Virus record (IMG/VR): IMGVR_UViG_3300046513_000221
Location: 186,001-250,000 of that record
Length of the DNA: 64,000 bases
Reading direction: 5' to 3' (one strand)
Numbering within the stretch: the first letter of the stretch is position 1; every line of letters begins with the position of its first letter. The notes beneath the pieces were generated by a model that was not told the DNA's origin, did no database searches, and saw only the letters and a list, made by a program, of their open reading frames with translations. A program made the position numbers and the translations under genes. Positions 53,734 to 63,861 of this stretch are shown here, in pieces.

Positions 53734-55044
53734 ATGGATATCGAATCGAAGCTCTTCTCCTTGAAGGGTAGCGCTATCGACCTCAAGCTGCTGCATGAGC
53801 TCCTCGCCATAAACGAGAACGGCAAGCAGGTGGTCCACCAAAACACCAAGTTCGTACTAGACAAGGCCAAGCTCGAAGCGGCCGGATCGGAGATCCTCCT
53901 CCACAAGGACTTTGATAAGGAACTGGGCAAGGAGACGACCGTTGGCCGCTTCCTGTTCAATCTGCGCCTCTATGCCCTCTACGACCTCATGTACGAGGAT
54001 GTGGAACGGAGGAACAACCCGAAGCAGGTCGATGTGCGCAACAAATTCACTTACAAGAACATCACGCTTACCGCTAGCGCGATGGATGTACTGTATAAGG
54101 AGCTGACCGGGATGATGATCACCTCGGAGATCACTCCCCAAGTGTCGGCCCAGTTCATCGACAACCTGAACTGGATCGGCTTCGTGCTGGTACCCTACCT
54201 CAATCCTTCCCTCGACATCAAGTCGGTCAACGCCGGTCCCGAGATCCGCAAGATCAAGGCACAGGTGCTGGAGGAGCACAAGGACATCATCATCAACAAC
54301 GATGTGAAGAACTTCAACAGCGTGATCGAGGCCAAGGTGCTGAAGTCCGCTGCGGAGATCCTCGACAGGCAGCAGTCCACCGGTAAGATGATCTACGACT
54401 CCGGCGTCAATGGTACTTTCTCGAACAACTACAAGCTGACGGCCCTGTTCCGTGGCGTGGTTCCAAAGAGCGATGACCCGACGCAGTACAAGATCGGACT
54501 GTCGTCCCTGACAGACGGTGTGAGCAAGGACGAGATCGCCCTCGCGGGTGACATCGCGGTGCAAGGCTCCATCGGTCGTGCCATCTCGACGCGTCAAGGC
54601 GGTTACCTCGTCAAGCAGTTCAACTCGGCGTTCCAGTCCCTCGTGGTCGATGATCCCGGCACTAACTGCGGCTCCGTCCGCACGATCACCGTCGAGCTGG
54701 ACGACAAGAACTTCGGCCAGTACCTCTACCGCTACATCATCGACGGCGGTGTGGTCGTCCAACTGTCGCAGGACAACAAGTCGAAGTATGTCGGCAAGAA
54801 GGTCAAGCTGCGTACCCCGTTCTACTGCCGCACCGTCAAGATCTGCAACACCTGCGCCGGTGACATGCTCTACCGCCTCGGCATCAAGAACATCGGTCTG
54901 ACGACCTCCAACATCGGTTCCGCCCTGATGAATGCAGCGCTCAAGGCGTTCCACTCACTGGCCGTGAAGACCGCAAGCTACAACATCGAGGACTTCATGA
55001 GTGAAGTCAAACCATTCAACGGCAACAACAACGGAAAACAATAA
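53734..55044 (+). CDS. rpoC: Virion RNA polymerase beta' subunit, middle/C-terminal part
   Basis: TTVGRFLFN, SG..G, T..GGYL.KQ (bridge helix), NCG, LRTPFYC...ICNTCAG, NIG, LK.FH. Confidence 0.85.
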   Translation: MDIESKLFSLKGSAIDLKLLHELLAINENGKQVVHQNTKFVLDKAKLEAAGSEILLHKDFDKELGKETTVGRFLFNLRLYALYDLMYEDVERRNNPKQVDVRNKFTYKNITLTASAMDVLYKELTGMMITSEITPQVSAQFIDNLNWIGFVLVPYLNPSLDIKSVNAGPEIRKIKAQVLEEHKDIIINNDVKNFNSVIEAKVLKSAAEILDRQQSTGKMIYDSGVNGTFSNNYKLTALFRGVVPKSDDPTQYKIGLSSLTDGVSKDEIALAGDIAVQGSIGRAISTRQGGYLVKQFNSAFQSLVVDDPGTNCGSVRTITVELDDKNFGQYLYRYIIDGGVVVQLSQDNKSKYVGKKVKLRTPFYCRTVKICNTCAGDMLYRLGIKNIGLTTSNIGSALMNAALKAFHSLAVKTASYNIEDFMSEVKPFNGNNNGKQ

Positions 55045-55745
55045 TGGCACTATTCCTTCAAGTCCCGGCTGTGCCGGAAGAGATTCCCGTGGAGATCAAG
55101 AGCTTCGGCGAGGCCATGCTCTCCCTGTACAACACTACGTCCGAGTTCCACACCGACCTCCTGAGTGAGGGCGTCGTGGGCGATATCTTCGAATCGGTGA
55201 AGAAGCTGATCATGTCGATCATCAACACTGTCATGAAGGTTCTGCGCTTCCTGCGCGAGAAGCTGACCGCCGCGTTGAGCTGGATCGTAGGAAAATCCGT
55301 GTCGGTGCCTGTGGCCGTGATCGCTTACTGGCAGAACACCCTGTCAGCGTGCGATGCGGCGCTGTTGGACCTCACCAGTAACATCCACGGTGACTGGGCC
55401 GACTTCAACACACTCCGTAACATCCACGATCAGAAGATCCGGGAACCGTTTAATGCCATCCCGAAGAGCGGTGGTGCGACCAAGATCTTCAGCAAGGACG
55501 ATATGTCCAAGCTGATCAATCTGGCATCGGAGACGGTGGACCTGTCCAAACAAGCCGCTGAGATCTACAAGAACGAGCTGCAGGAACTGGAAGCCGCCAA
55601 GGGCAAAATCCCCGACGACGAGTATCAGACCGAATTCAAGGTACTGCACGCCAAGTGCATCTTCATGCAGTTCATCGTCACGAATTGCGTAGGCGTGATC
55701 CAGTCGATCGCGCACCACGGCAAACAGACCGTGGAAGCGTTCTAA
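55044..55745 (+). CDS. Probable internal head (ejected) protein, phiKZ inner-head type
   Basis: LLSEG..DIFESVKKLI..I..V.K.L amphipathic pattern after an S-x-E cleavage-like site; translationally coupled to the vRNAP gene. Confidence 0.5.
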   Translation: MALFLQVPAVPEEIPVEIKSFGEAMLSLYNTTSEFHTDLLSEGVVGDIFESVKKLIMSIINTVMKVLRFLREKLTAALSWIVGKSVSVPVAVIAYWQNTLSACDAALLDLTSNIHGDWADFNTLRNIHDQKIREPFNAIPKSGGATKIFSKDDMSKLINLASETVDLSKQAAEIYKNELQELEAAKGKIPDDEYQTEFKVLHAKCIFMQFIVTNCVGVIQSIAHHGKQTVEAF

Positions 55746-55790
55746 AGAAATAACCCCATAGGCCCGTAAAGGGTCTATGGGGGTTTCTTA
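55746..55790. terminator. Bidirectional terminator
   Basis: CCCCATAG / CTATGGGG family hairpin. Confidence 0.8.
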
Positions 55791-56609
55791 CTGCTGTATG
55801 TTACCTCTGTTCATCAAGCCCTGCTTGGTGACAAGCGAGCCGGTGATCAGGTTCGATTTTAGACCAGCGCCGATGAAGAACACATCGAGCGTGTTCAGTG
55901 CCTGACCGGAGTGCAGGACGCTGTTCTTGTAGGTCGAGATCGATGCGGTGCCGAGTGCGGAGATCTCCGCTTGCATCTGCATCTTGTGGTTGATGTTGTC
56001 GGCGCGAGCACCCAGCAGCTCCTTGATGATGTAGTTGTCACCGGTCTTGCCTTCCAGCTTGTTGGCGACGTCGGTCATCCAGTTGAACTGGTCGCTGACG
56101 TTGTTGGTCACCGCCAGCAGAGCCGTGGTGTCACCGTCCGTCAGGCGTCCGGTACGCTCGGTCGTGGACAGGGAGCCGGTCAGCTTGGAACGAGCACCCG
56201 CCTTCATGATGTCGGTGTTCATCATGTTCTTCTTGGACAGGATCTGCTGCATCCGCTTGAGGTGGATGTACATCACCGGAACCTTGAATGGCGTGCGGAC
56301 GACCTGACCGTCAGGCGTGGTGTGCCGGACGTACACGAACTCCTCCAGAGGCAGCTTCAGATACTTCGCAGCGGCCTCCACGGTGTCCATGTTGATCTTC
56401 TTCTTCTCGTAGAGGTCCATCTCGACGTAGAAGTTGTTGTTGTCGCTCGAAGCCATCTTGCGGAAGTACGCCATGAACTGGGCGTCCGACATCTTGTCGA
56501 ACTGGGCTTTGTACTTGGCGGCATTCTTGCCGGAAGGATCGAGAATCTTCAGGGTAGTGAGGATTTTATCCTCAACCTGTTTTCTTTTCTGAGGTGTGAT
56601 CGATGCCAT
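55788..56609 (-). CDS. rpoB: Virion RNA polymerase beta subunit, C-terminal fragment
   Basis: VPVMYIHLKRMQQILSKKN, R..LTG, L.D.D..ALLA, KELLGAR.D, LDVFF.G.GL. Confidence 0.75.
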   Translation of the reverse strand: MASITPQKRKQVEDKILTTLKILDPSGKNAAKYKAQFDKMSDAQFMAYFRKMASSDNNNFYVEMDLYEKKKINMDTVEAAAKYLKLPLEEFVYVRHTTPDGQVVRTPFKVPVMYIHLKRMQQILSKKNMMNTDIMKAGARSKLTGSLSTTERTGRLTDGDTTALLAVTNNVSDQFNWMTDVANKLEGKTGDNYIIKELLGARADNINHKMQMQAEISALGTASISTYKNSVLHSGQALNTLDVFFIGAGLKSNLITGSLVTKQGLMNRGNIQQ

Positions 56610-56617
56610 TGAATTTC

Positions 56618-57109
56618 CTATTTCAGTTCAAGCGTATACTGTCCGAGAAACGCCTTAGCGTCTATGGTTTCTACCCGGATGATCTCACGCTTAGGGATAT
56701 GCTGGTCCGTCTTGTACTCATCGACGGCATTGTTGAACTTGTTATTCACCGGGATGAATCTATCCGGAGCGATACAGTACACGTAGAACTGCTTGACTCG
56801 CTCAATATCGGTCGTCGATATCGGTGAATAGCCCTCGATGGTCATGATGCCCTTCTCAGTCTTAAATCGCCTGACTTCCAGACCGATTTGTGTCAGAGAC
56901 GAGGCAAAGCCCATCTCAGCGGCTAGCTGGCGTCCCGCAGATGCATACAAGAACTTGTTGCTCTCAGTCTCGTCCCACTGTATCTCTGCCTTGGTATGAT
57001 CGATTCCCGGTTTGAGGGTGTCGGTCAAATAGTACGATCCATGGTAGAGAACGAGTGGATTGACTTTCTCGCTAAGCAAAAACCTGATCATATGGTCGGT
57101 ATTCATCAT
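56618..57109 (-). CDS. ADP-ribosyltransferase-fold protein (H-Y-E type) candidate
   Basis: LYHGS...LKPG...LYAS...A...G...YVY.I....F...DEY; N-terminal LSE. Confidence 0.5.
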   Translation of the reverse strand: MMNTDHMIRFLLSEKVNPLVLYHGSYYLTDTLKPGIDHTKAEIQWDETESNKFLYASAGRQLAAEMGFASSLTQIGLEVRRFKTEKGIMTIEGYSPISTTDIERVKQFYVYCIAPDRFIPVNNKFNNAVDEYKTDQHIPKREIIRVETIDAKAFLGQYTLELK

Positions 57110-57112
57110 AGA

Positions 57113-58303
57113 TCACCGGCATTTGTGGAGCACTATGAGATAAACAAAGTAGGAATACACCGCGTTGCGGTAGGCCATCTTCGTCGGGATGCGGTTCGTG
57201 GCAGCGTACTTACTGCAGTGCAGCATCAGGAACTTATCGAGGATCACCTTGATCTGGATCAGATCCTGATTCGTGGTGTTCGAGATCGAGATCTGGCGCA
57301 GGGCCATGGTGATGAAGTCCGAGCTACAGACCTTCTCGAACGCCTGTGGATCGGCATCGGAGATGATGTTGAAGAGCATACGGAGCATGCTGTCCAGTGT
57401 CTCAGGGTTCTCCTTGATGCGGATCTCGTTGAGCGCCTGATAGACCGTCATGAACGGCAGATTGTTCTTGTTGCTGACCAGCTTCGTCAGACCCATGTTG
57501 ATCTTCATCGACACGTAGTCGTGGACGACGGACTGCGCCAGCTGGTGGATGGTGTCGGACAGGTTGGTCTTATCGACCATCTCGTCCTTGTCATCGAACG
57601 ACTTCTCGGTGTTCAGGTAGTTCTTCTTGTCGCGGTTGTCGTAGTACTCCTCCGCGATGCCGTTGATGATCTTACCGATCCGGTTCTCCATCTGAGGGAT
57701 GTACGTCAGGTACGCCTCGTCGGTGCCGTCGGTCAGGATGCGCTTGTACGTCTCGTGGGACGTCATCACCGTGTCCTTGATCACGTTGTAGTTGTTCTGC
57801 AGCTGCTTGTACTTGAACTTGTTGCTCAAGTTGTTCATGGTATACGCCATGATCTGCGGGTTCGGCGGGAACTGCCAGCTGCGGCGCTGGCGTGAGGAGA
57901 AGAACTTCATCGACAGGTACATGATGAAGAGCTGGGCTTCAGTATCCTTCTTTTGGATCGTCAGTTCGCGGATCACGAGCCACGACAGCATGGTGAACGG
58001 GTCGTTCAGCAGCACGAATGCCTCGCCACGCTTGTTCACATAGCCGAATTCCTTGACGTTATCCTTGAGTGTGGACACGATGTAGCCCGACACCTCCTCC
58101 GGCGCGATGTCCGTGAGATCGAACACCACGTTCTGGTCTTTCACCGCGAAGATGAGACGCTGGGCCGGGGAGCTGTCGAAGATGATTGCGTGGTTGGCAT
58201 CGAAGTACTTCTGGATGCTGAGAACGGCGGCGCGCAGCTTGGCCTTGTCGTTCACTGCTTCCTTGATGCGTTCTTCAAAACCTTTGATGATGTAGGAAGA
58301 CAT
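57113..58303 (-). CDS. Conserved jumbo-phage hypothetical protein (late)
   Basis: About 396 aa, strong codon bias, late promoter. Confidence 0.7.
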   Translation of the reverse strand: MSSYIIKGFEERIKEAVNDKAKLRAAVLSIQKYFDANHAIIFDSSPAQRLIFAVKDQNVVFDLTDIAPEEVSGYIVSTLKDNVKEFGYVNKRGEAFVLLNDPFTMLSWLVIRELTIQKKDTEAQLFIMYLSMKFFSSRQRRSWQFPPNPQIMAYTMNNLSNKFKYKQLQNNYNVIKDTVMTSHETYKRILTDGTDEAYLTYIPQMENRIGKIINGIAEEYYDNRDKKNYLNTEKSFDDKDEMVDKTNLSDTIHQLAQSVVHDYVSMKINMGLTKLVSNKNNLPFMTVYQALNEIRIKENPETLDSMLRMLFNIISDADPQAFEKVCSSDFITMALRQISISNTTNQDLIQIKVILDKFLMLHCSKYAATNRIPTKMAYRNAVYSYFVYLIVLHKCR

Positions 58304-58344
58304 ATTTCTTCTTTCGGAAAAGTGTTGCCGCACAATGGTGCTTA

Positions 58345-58357
58345 CTAGTCTATTGTT
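58345..58357 (-). promoter_or_regulatory. Putative late promoter AACA-N6-TAG
   Basis: Minus strand AACA ATAGAC TAG upstream of the 58303-ART-vRNAP operon. Confidence 0.65.
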
Positions 58358-58434
58358 AACCAGAAAGCTGTTTTCCTTTAGAAGTAAAGAAAAAAAGAAG
58401 CGCCAACGCCCGGATGTGGACGTTGGCGGTTTTC

Positions 58435-59043
58435 TTAGATCGACAGCATGTTGATCAGGCGGGTCAGGGTCTCGTTGTCACGGGACGCTGCGATCAGCTC
58501 GGCGTCGATGTTCTGGTGCAGCGAGGAACGGTTCTCGTTCGCCGGGATCGAGTCCTGCAGGGTGCGTTCGTGAGCGGCCAGAACCGGCGTCAGGCGCTTC
58601 TCCAGTTCCACCAGCAGTTCAGCACGGCGCTGGGTCTGCTCGCCCAGAGCTTGAACTGCGATGGAGATGCCGGAGCTGGCGTGCGATGCACGGACGATGC
58701 TGGTGGTGTTGACTGCGGATGCCTTGATACCGAAGGTCTTCGGGGTTGCAGCATCTGCGAGCAGCTGCATCTGCTTACCCAGATCCATTGGATCCCGGAC
58801 GGTATCGCGGTCGCTCGTCGGCGATGCTTCCGTCACACCGTCGCTCAGATCCTGAATCGAGCGTGCGGCGCGGCGCGGCTTGATAGCTACGGATACAGCG
58901 ATGCCGCCGATGTGGCGGGTACGTGGCTTCTTCGGTGTAGTTTCCACTTGGGCAGCTGCCTTGGCGGCGCGGCGGGTGGCGACAGTTTCCGGAGTCTTCG
59001 CCTTCGGGATACGACGGGTGGTAGTTGCTTGTTGCTTAGGCAT
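58435..59043 (-). CDS. Hypothetical protein with basic low-complexity N-terminus
   Basis: GGAGG RBS; K/R/T/A-rich N-terminus, coiled-coil C-terminus. Confidence 0.7.
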   Translation of the reverse strand: MPKQQATTTRRIPKAKTPETVATRRAAKAAAQVETTPKKPRTRHIGGIAVSVAIKPRRAARSIQDLSDGVTEASPTSDRDTVRDPMDLGKQMQLLADAATPKTFGIKASAVNTTSIVRASHASSGISIAVQALGEQTQRRAELLVELEKRLTPVLAAHERTLQDSIPANENRSSLHQNIDAELIAASRDNETLTRLINMLSI

Positions 59044-59098
59044 GGTATTCCTCCTGTTTCAGATTGGGGTGTGCCACCAATAAGACGGTGGCAGTTCT

Positions 59099-59500
59099 TT
59101 ACACTGGTGCTGCGACGACGTGGGTCGGCTTCTTCGGGTCGATGTAGACCTCGCGGCACAGGTCGGCGAAGTCGGACTCGGTGAAGCCGCGATCCAGCAT
59201 CACTTTCTTGACGCGGTTGAGGAATTTACCTTCCTCTTCCACTTTCTTGCGGTTAGCTTCCTCGCGACGATCGGCTTCATCGCGAGCGCTCATTTCCTTG
59301 AACATCTGGTCGGGACTACGGCGGTAGGTCTCCAGATCGTTACGGTCCAGCATATCGCCTTCGGTCAGACGAACCTCACCGACAGTACTCTTCGGATCCG
59401 CCAGATCGTAGCGACGAATCTCGGTGGTCCCGCCAGAGGCGGTGATGGTCAACAGGTGGGCCTTCTTTGGACCGCTGTCGCTACGCAGACTGCTATTCAT
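59099..59500 (-). CDS. Hypothetical protein
   Basis: AAGGA RBS at 59500. Confidence 0.7.
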   Translation of the reverse strand: MNSSLRSDSGPKKAHLLTITASGGTTEIRRYDLADPKSTVGEVRLTEGDMLDRNDLETYRRSPDQMFKEMSARDEADRREEANRKKVEEEGKFLNRVKKVMLDRGFTESDFADLCREVYIDPKKPTHVVAAPV

Positions 59501-59564
59501 GTTTGATTCCTTCAGGTTAAGAGGGAGGAGTGCCCAGACAACAGGCACTCCTCTCACTCAGGTT

Positions 59565-62408
59565 TTACTGACAGGCTTCGCATTCCTCGAAGCCGGGGTC
59601 GCCCGGACGCATGTAGCATGCGGCACCGGCGTCAGCCTCACCTGCACCCGGAACAGCGACAGGAGCCGCTGCGACAGGTACATTGGACTGTACCGCGTTC
59701 AGTTCACCGCCCCGGCCAGTCGATTTCTCGGCGGAGGTAGCGGAGGTGGTACGCAGGTAGTAGGTGGTCTTCAGACCGCGCTGCCATGCCAGCTTGTAGG
59801 TGGCATCCAGCTTCTTGCCGGAAGCACCGGCCATGTAGATGTTGAGGCTCTGCGCCTGATCGATCCACTTCTGACGGCGAGCTGCCGCCTCGATCAACCA
59901 TTCCGGAGCGATCTCGAACGCCGTTGCATAGACGTCCTTGATGCTCTGTGGGATGCGGCTGATCTTCTGGATCGAACCGTCGTAGAACTTGATGTCCGAG
60001 ATCATGACCTCGTCCCACAGGCCCAATTCTTTCAGGTCGGCAACCAGATAGCGGTTGATGATCGTGAACTCGCCGGACAGGTTCGACTTGACGAACAGGT
60101 TCTGGAAGGTCGGCTCGATGCACGCCGATACGTCGATGATGTTACTGATCGTCGCGGTCGGAGCGATAGCGAGGCAGTTCGAGTTGCGCATGCCGTGGTA
60201 CTTGATGCGCTGACGCAGCTCGTCCCACACCGATTCGCCGTAGAAGCTGTCGGTGTTGATGGTCAGGTACTCGGCACCGCGCTCTTCGGCCAGCAGACGC
60301 TGGGAGTCCTGCGGCAGAATGCCCTTGGACCACAGCGAGCCTTCGAACGTGAAGTAGCGACCGCGCTCGATAGCCATGTCGCACGACGACGAGTAGGCGT
60401 GGTACGCGATCATTTCAGTCGATTTGTCCGCGAACAGGACGGCATCTTCCGAAGCGTACGGGACGTGCATCATCTGCAAGCAGTCCTGGAAACCCATCAT
60501 GCCCAGACCGACAGGGCGGTGGCGCATGTTGGAGTTCTTTGCCTTCTCGACCGAGTAGAAGTTCAGGTCGATGACGTTGTCCAGAATGCGCATTGCAGTC
60601 TTGACGGTCTTCGCCAGTTTCGACTCGTCGATGTCGTACACCGGTGCGCCGGTGATGGCATCGTTGCCGATCTTGATCATGTGAGCGACCAGATTGACGG
60701 AGCCAATGTTGCATACGGCGATCTCGTCGGCGCTGGTGTTCAGGGTGATCTCGGTACACAGGTTCGAGCTGTGAACGACGCCCATGTGCTGCTGCGGCGA
60801 ACGGATGTTGCACGGATCCTTGAAGGTGATCCATGGGTGGCCGGTCTCGAACAGCATCGACAGCATCTTGCGCCACAGATCGACGGCCTTGACGGTCTTG
60901 AACAGCTTGATCTCGCCGGTCTGCGTCTTGCGCTCGGCGTTGGTGTAGGCGGTCTCGAATGCGCGACCGAACAGATCGTGCAGGTCGGTGACGTCGGAAG
61001 GCGAGAACAGGGTCCATTCACCCTTCTCCATGACACGCTTCATGAACAGATCGGGGATCCAGTTCGCGGTGTTCATGTCGTGAGTACGACGGCGCTCATC
61101 GCCGGTGTTCTTACGCAGGTCGAGGAATTCCTCGATGTCGAGGTGCCACGTTTCCAGATAGGCGCAGACAGCGCCCTTGCGCTTGCCGCCTTGGTTCACG
61201 GCGACGGCGGTGTCGTTCACCACCTTCAGGAACGGTACGACGCCTTGCGACTTGCCGTTCGTTCCCTTGATGCGAGCGCCCAGCGAACGAACTGGAGTCC
61301 AGTCGTTGCCCAGACCGCCAGCCCACTTCTGCAAGCGAGCGTTGTCGTGGATACCGTCGTAGATGCCGTCCAGATCATCGCTGATCGTGGTCAGGAAGCA
61401 CGATGCCAGCTGCGGACGCGTAGTACCGGAGTTGAACAGCGTTGGGGTGGAATTCATGTACTCGAACTGCGACAGCAGGTCGTAGAACTCGATGGCGCGA
61501 GCTTCGCGGTCGGACTCGTTCAGGGCCAGACCCATAGCCACGCGCATCCAGAAGATCTGCGAGGACTCGTAACGAACTTCTTCCTGATGCAGGAAGTAGC
61601 GGTCGTACAGGGTTTGCAGACCGATGAAGCTGAACTGCGCATCGCGTTCCCACTTCAGGGCCGCTTGCAGACGGTCCAGATCGTAGGTTGCCATTGCCGG
61701 TTGCAGCATTTCCAGCTTGACGCCCAGCTCGATCGATGCGCGCAGCACCTGATCGCGTTCCGGTTTGTTCAGGTGGAAGAAGACTTCCTTGTGGATGTCA
61801 TCGGCCAGCAGACGTGCAGTCACTTGATTGTACTGCGGCTCGGTCTCGATGAAGCCACGAGCGGCCATCAGGACAGCCTTGTCGATCTCGGCTTCGGTGA
61901 CGCCGTTGTACAGCTGCTGGTACATCACATCGAAGATGGCGTCCGGGTTAACGTTGTCCAGACCCTTGCAAGCGTCCTTGATGCGGATGCGCAGGTAAGC
62001 GGTCGATACGATACCCTCGGTACCGTCGGTGTTGATCATGCGCATCTTGATTGCGCCGCCGTTGTCGTGGCCCACTTCGCGCTCGGCGCGGTGGCGGTTG
62101 CGGTAGATGACGTAGTCACGTGCCACATCGTGCAATGCGGAGCGCATCATGTACAGTTCGACGGTGTCCTGCACGGTCTCGATGTTGACGGCGGTCAGGC
62201 CGGAGCGTTCGCAGGAGGCTTCCAGATGTTTGACGATGTCGATGGTCAGGGTAGCTGCCAGTTCGCGCTCGCCTTGCGACAGGACGCCAGCGCTGTTGCG
62301 CAGTTGACCATCGGCATCCTTCAGCATTGCTTGCAGGATTGCGTTGGTGATCTTTTCCGCTGCGAAAGGCACTACGTTACCATCGCGTTTGATAATCTTA
62401 TCCAGCAT
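59565..62408 (-). CDS. nrdA: Ribonucleotide reductase class Ia alpha subunit with two ATP cones
   Basis: IKRDG ATP cone, STPTLFNSG, QLASC, GGLG, NLCTEI, CNIGS, APTATIS, TTYYLR. Confidence 0.98.
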   Translation of the reverse strand: MLDKIIKRDGNVVPFAAEKITNAILQAMLKDADGQLRNSAGVLSQGERELAATLTIDIVKHLEASCERSGLTAVNIETVQDTVELYMMRSALHDVARDYVIYRNRHRAEREVGHDNGGAIKMRMINTDGTEGIVSTAYLRIRIKDACKGLDNVNPDAIFDVMYQQLYNGVTEAEIDKAVLMAARGFIETEPQYNQVTARLLADDIHKEVFFHLNKPERDQVLRASIELGVKLEMLQPAMATYDLDRLQAALKWERDAQFSFIGLQTLYDRYFLHQEEVRYESSQIFWMRVAMGLALNESDREARAIEFYDLLSQFEYMNSTPTLFNSGTTRPQLASCFLTTISDDLDGIYDGIHDNARLQKWAGGLGNDWTPVRSLGARIKGTNGKSQGVVPFLKVVNDTAVAVNQGGKRKGAVCAYLETWHLDIEEFLDLRKNTGDERRRTHDMNTANWIPDLFMKRVMEKGEWTLFSPSDVTDLHDLFGRAFETAYTNAERKTQTGEIKLFKTVKAVDLWRKMLSMLFETGHPWITFKDPCNIRSPQQHMGVVHSSNLCTEITLNTSADEIAVCNIGSVNLVAHMIKIGNDAITGAPVYDIDESKLAKTVKTAMRILDNVIDLNFYSVEKAKNSNMRHRPVGLGMMGFQDCLQMMHVPYASEDAVLFADKSTEMIAYHAYSSSCDMAIERGRYFTFEGSLWSKGILPQDSQRLLAEERGAEYLTINTDSFYGESVWDELRQRIKYHGMRNSNCLAIAPTATISNIIDVSACIEPTFQNLFVKSNLSGEFTIINRYLVADLKELGLWDEVMISDIKFYDGSIQKISRIPQSIKDVYATAFEIAPEWLIEAAARRQKWIDQAQSLNIYMAGASGKKLDATYKLAWQRGLKTTYYLRTTSATSAEKSTGRGGELNAVQSNVPVAAAPVAVPGAGEADAGAACYMRPGDPGFEECEACQ

Positions 62409-62495
62409 GTCTTATTCCTTCAGAATTGGAAGAGGAGAGCCGACAACCGGCCCTCCATTACTACGGGTACTATCTTGTTACGGTGATACGGGATA

Positions 62496-63536
62496 TCAGT
62501 CGTCCCAGTCGTCCAGCTTACCGCCGACCTGATAGTCAACGACGCGGGTCTCGAAGAAGTTCTTCTCCTTCTTCAGGTCGATCATCTCCGACATCCACGG
62601 GAACGGGTTCTCCTCGCCGGGGAACATCGGGTCCAGACCGATCTGCAGCAGACGGCGATTGGCGATGAAGCGCAGATAGCCTTTGAACATGCTAGCGTTC
62701 AGGCCCAGCACGCCGTTCGGCATGGTGTCCTCGGCGTACGCGTACTCCAGATCGACCGCCTTGGTAAACAGGGTGCGGATCTCGGCGACGAACTCGGCGG
62801 TCCACAGGTGCGGATTCTCCATCTTGATCGTGTTGATCAGGTCGATGCCGAAGTTGCAGTGCATGGACTCGTCGCGGAGGATGTACTGGTACTGCTCGGC
62901 AGCGCCAGTCATCTTGTTCTGGCGACCCATCGACAGGATCTGCGCGAAGCCGACGTAGAAGAACAGGCCTTCCATGATGCATGCGAAGACGATCAGCGAC
63001 TTCAGCAGCTTCTGGTCGTTCTCCATTGTACCGGTCTTGAAGGCCGGGTCAGTCAGGGTGTCGATGAACGGGATCAGGAACTGGTCCTTGTCGCGGATCG
63101 ACTTGACTTCGTTGTAGGCGTTGAACAGCTCGCCTTCGTCCATGCCGAGCGACTCGACGATGTACTGGTAGGCGTGGGTGTGAATTGCTTCCTCGAACGC
63201 TTGGCGCAGGAGGTATTGGCGACATTCAGGGGCCGTGATGTGACGGTAGGTACCGAGCACGATGTTGTTTGCTGCCAGCGAGTCGGCGGTGACGAAGAAG
63301 CCGAGGTTGCGCTTGATGATACGGCGCTCGTCGTCGGACAGGCCGTCCTTGCTCTTCCACAGCTCGATGTCGCGCTGCATGCTGATCTCTTGCGGCATCC
63401 AGTGGTTCGCGCAGCCGTTCAGGTACTTATCCCATGCCCACTTGTACTTGAAAGGTACCAGTTGGTTGACATCGGTCTGACCATTGATGATGCGCTTGTC
63501 AGCGGCGTTCACTCGCCCCAAGTTGCTAGTTTCCAT
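62496..63536 (-). CDS. nrdB: Ribonucleotide reductase class I beta subunit
   Basis: [38 protein letters not shown]. Confidence 0.97.
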   Translation of the reverse strand: METSNLGRVNAADKRIINGQTDVNQLVPFKYKWAWDKYLNGCANHWMPQEISMQRDIELWKSKDGLSDDERRIIKRNLGFFVTADSLAANNIVLGTYRHITAPECRQYLLRQAFEEAIHTHAYQYIVESLGMDEGELFNAYNEVKSIRDKDQFLIPFIDTLTDPAFKTGTMENDQKLLKSLIVFACIMEGLFFYVGFAQILSMGRQNKMTGAAEQYQYILRDESMHCNFGIDLINTIKMENPHLWTAEFVAEIRTLFTKAVDLEYAYAEDTMPNGVLGLNASMFKGYLRFIANRRLLQIGLDPMFPGEENPFPWMSEMIDLKKEKNFFETRVVDYQVGGKLDDWDD

Positions 63537-63861
63537 ATTGCTTCCTACGGATGGAGGGACAACAAACTCCCTCCTGTTGATAAAAGAAATAGACCCATAC
63601 GGCCTAGGGTATTGCTAGGCGGCATGGGTCTGTGTGGGTTCCCGGATGAAGATCCAGGAGATTTATCTTGTGTCTAAATAGTAGTTTGGATCGTCCATCC
63701 CACTGCCAGACACCGAATGCTTGAAATTCATCATCGCTGGTAAAGGACTTTCTCCTTCCAGCGTATTCTTTGTATGTCTGGAACTGTCTCTCCGTTAGTA
63801 ATTTTACTATATATTATATAATAAAATTTAATTACAACCTTAGTGTAATTTATTGTACACT

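Noticed and set aside
17422-62408. Introns or inteins in RNAP, RecA, helicase or NrdA (common in AR9-like phages)
   Set aside because: ORFs are continuous, lengths are as expected, and no intein termini or embedded homing endonucleases were seen
17431-62486. Very long antisense ORFs (e.g. 17431-18807, 21089-22546, 29559-31970, 35595-37688, 53857-54954, 59424-62486)
   Set aside because: Shadow frames of genes with strong C/G third-position bias; they lie exactly opposite recognisable proteins and have no motifs or RBS
63600-63810. Protein-like minus-strand frame (..TYKEYAGRRKSFTSDDEFQAFGVWQWDG..) upstream of nrdB
   Set aside because: No in-frame ATG/GTG/TTG start after the upstream stop; crosses a hairpin
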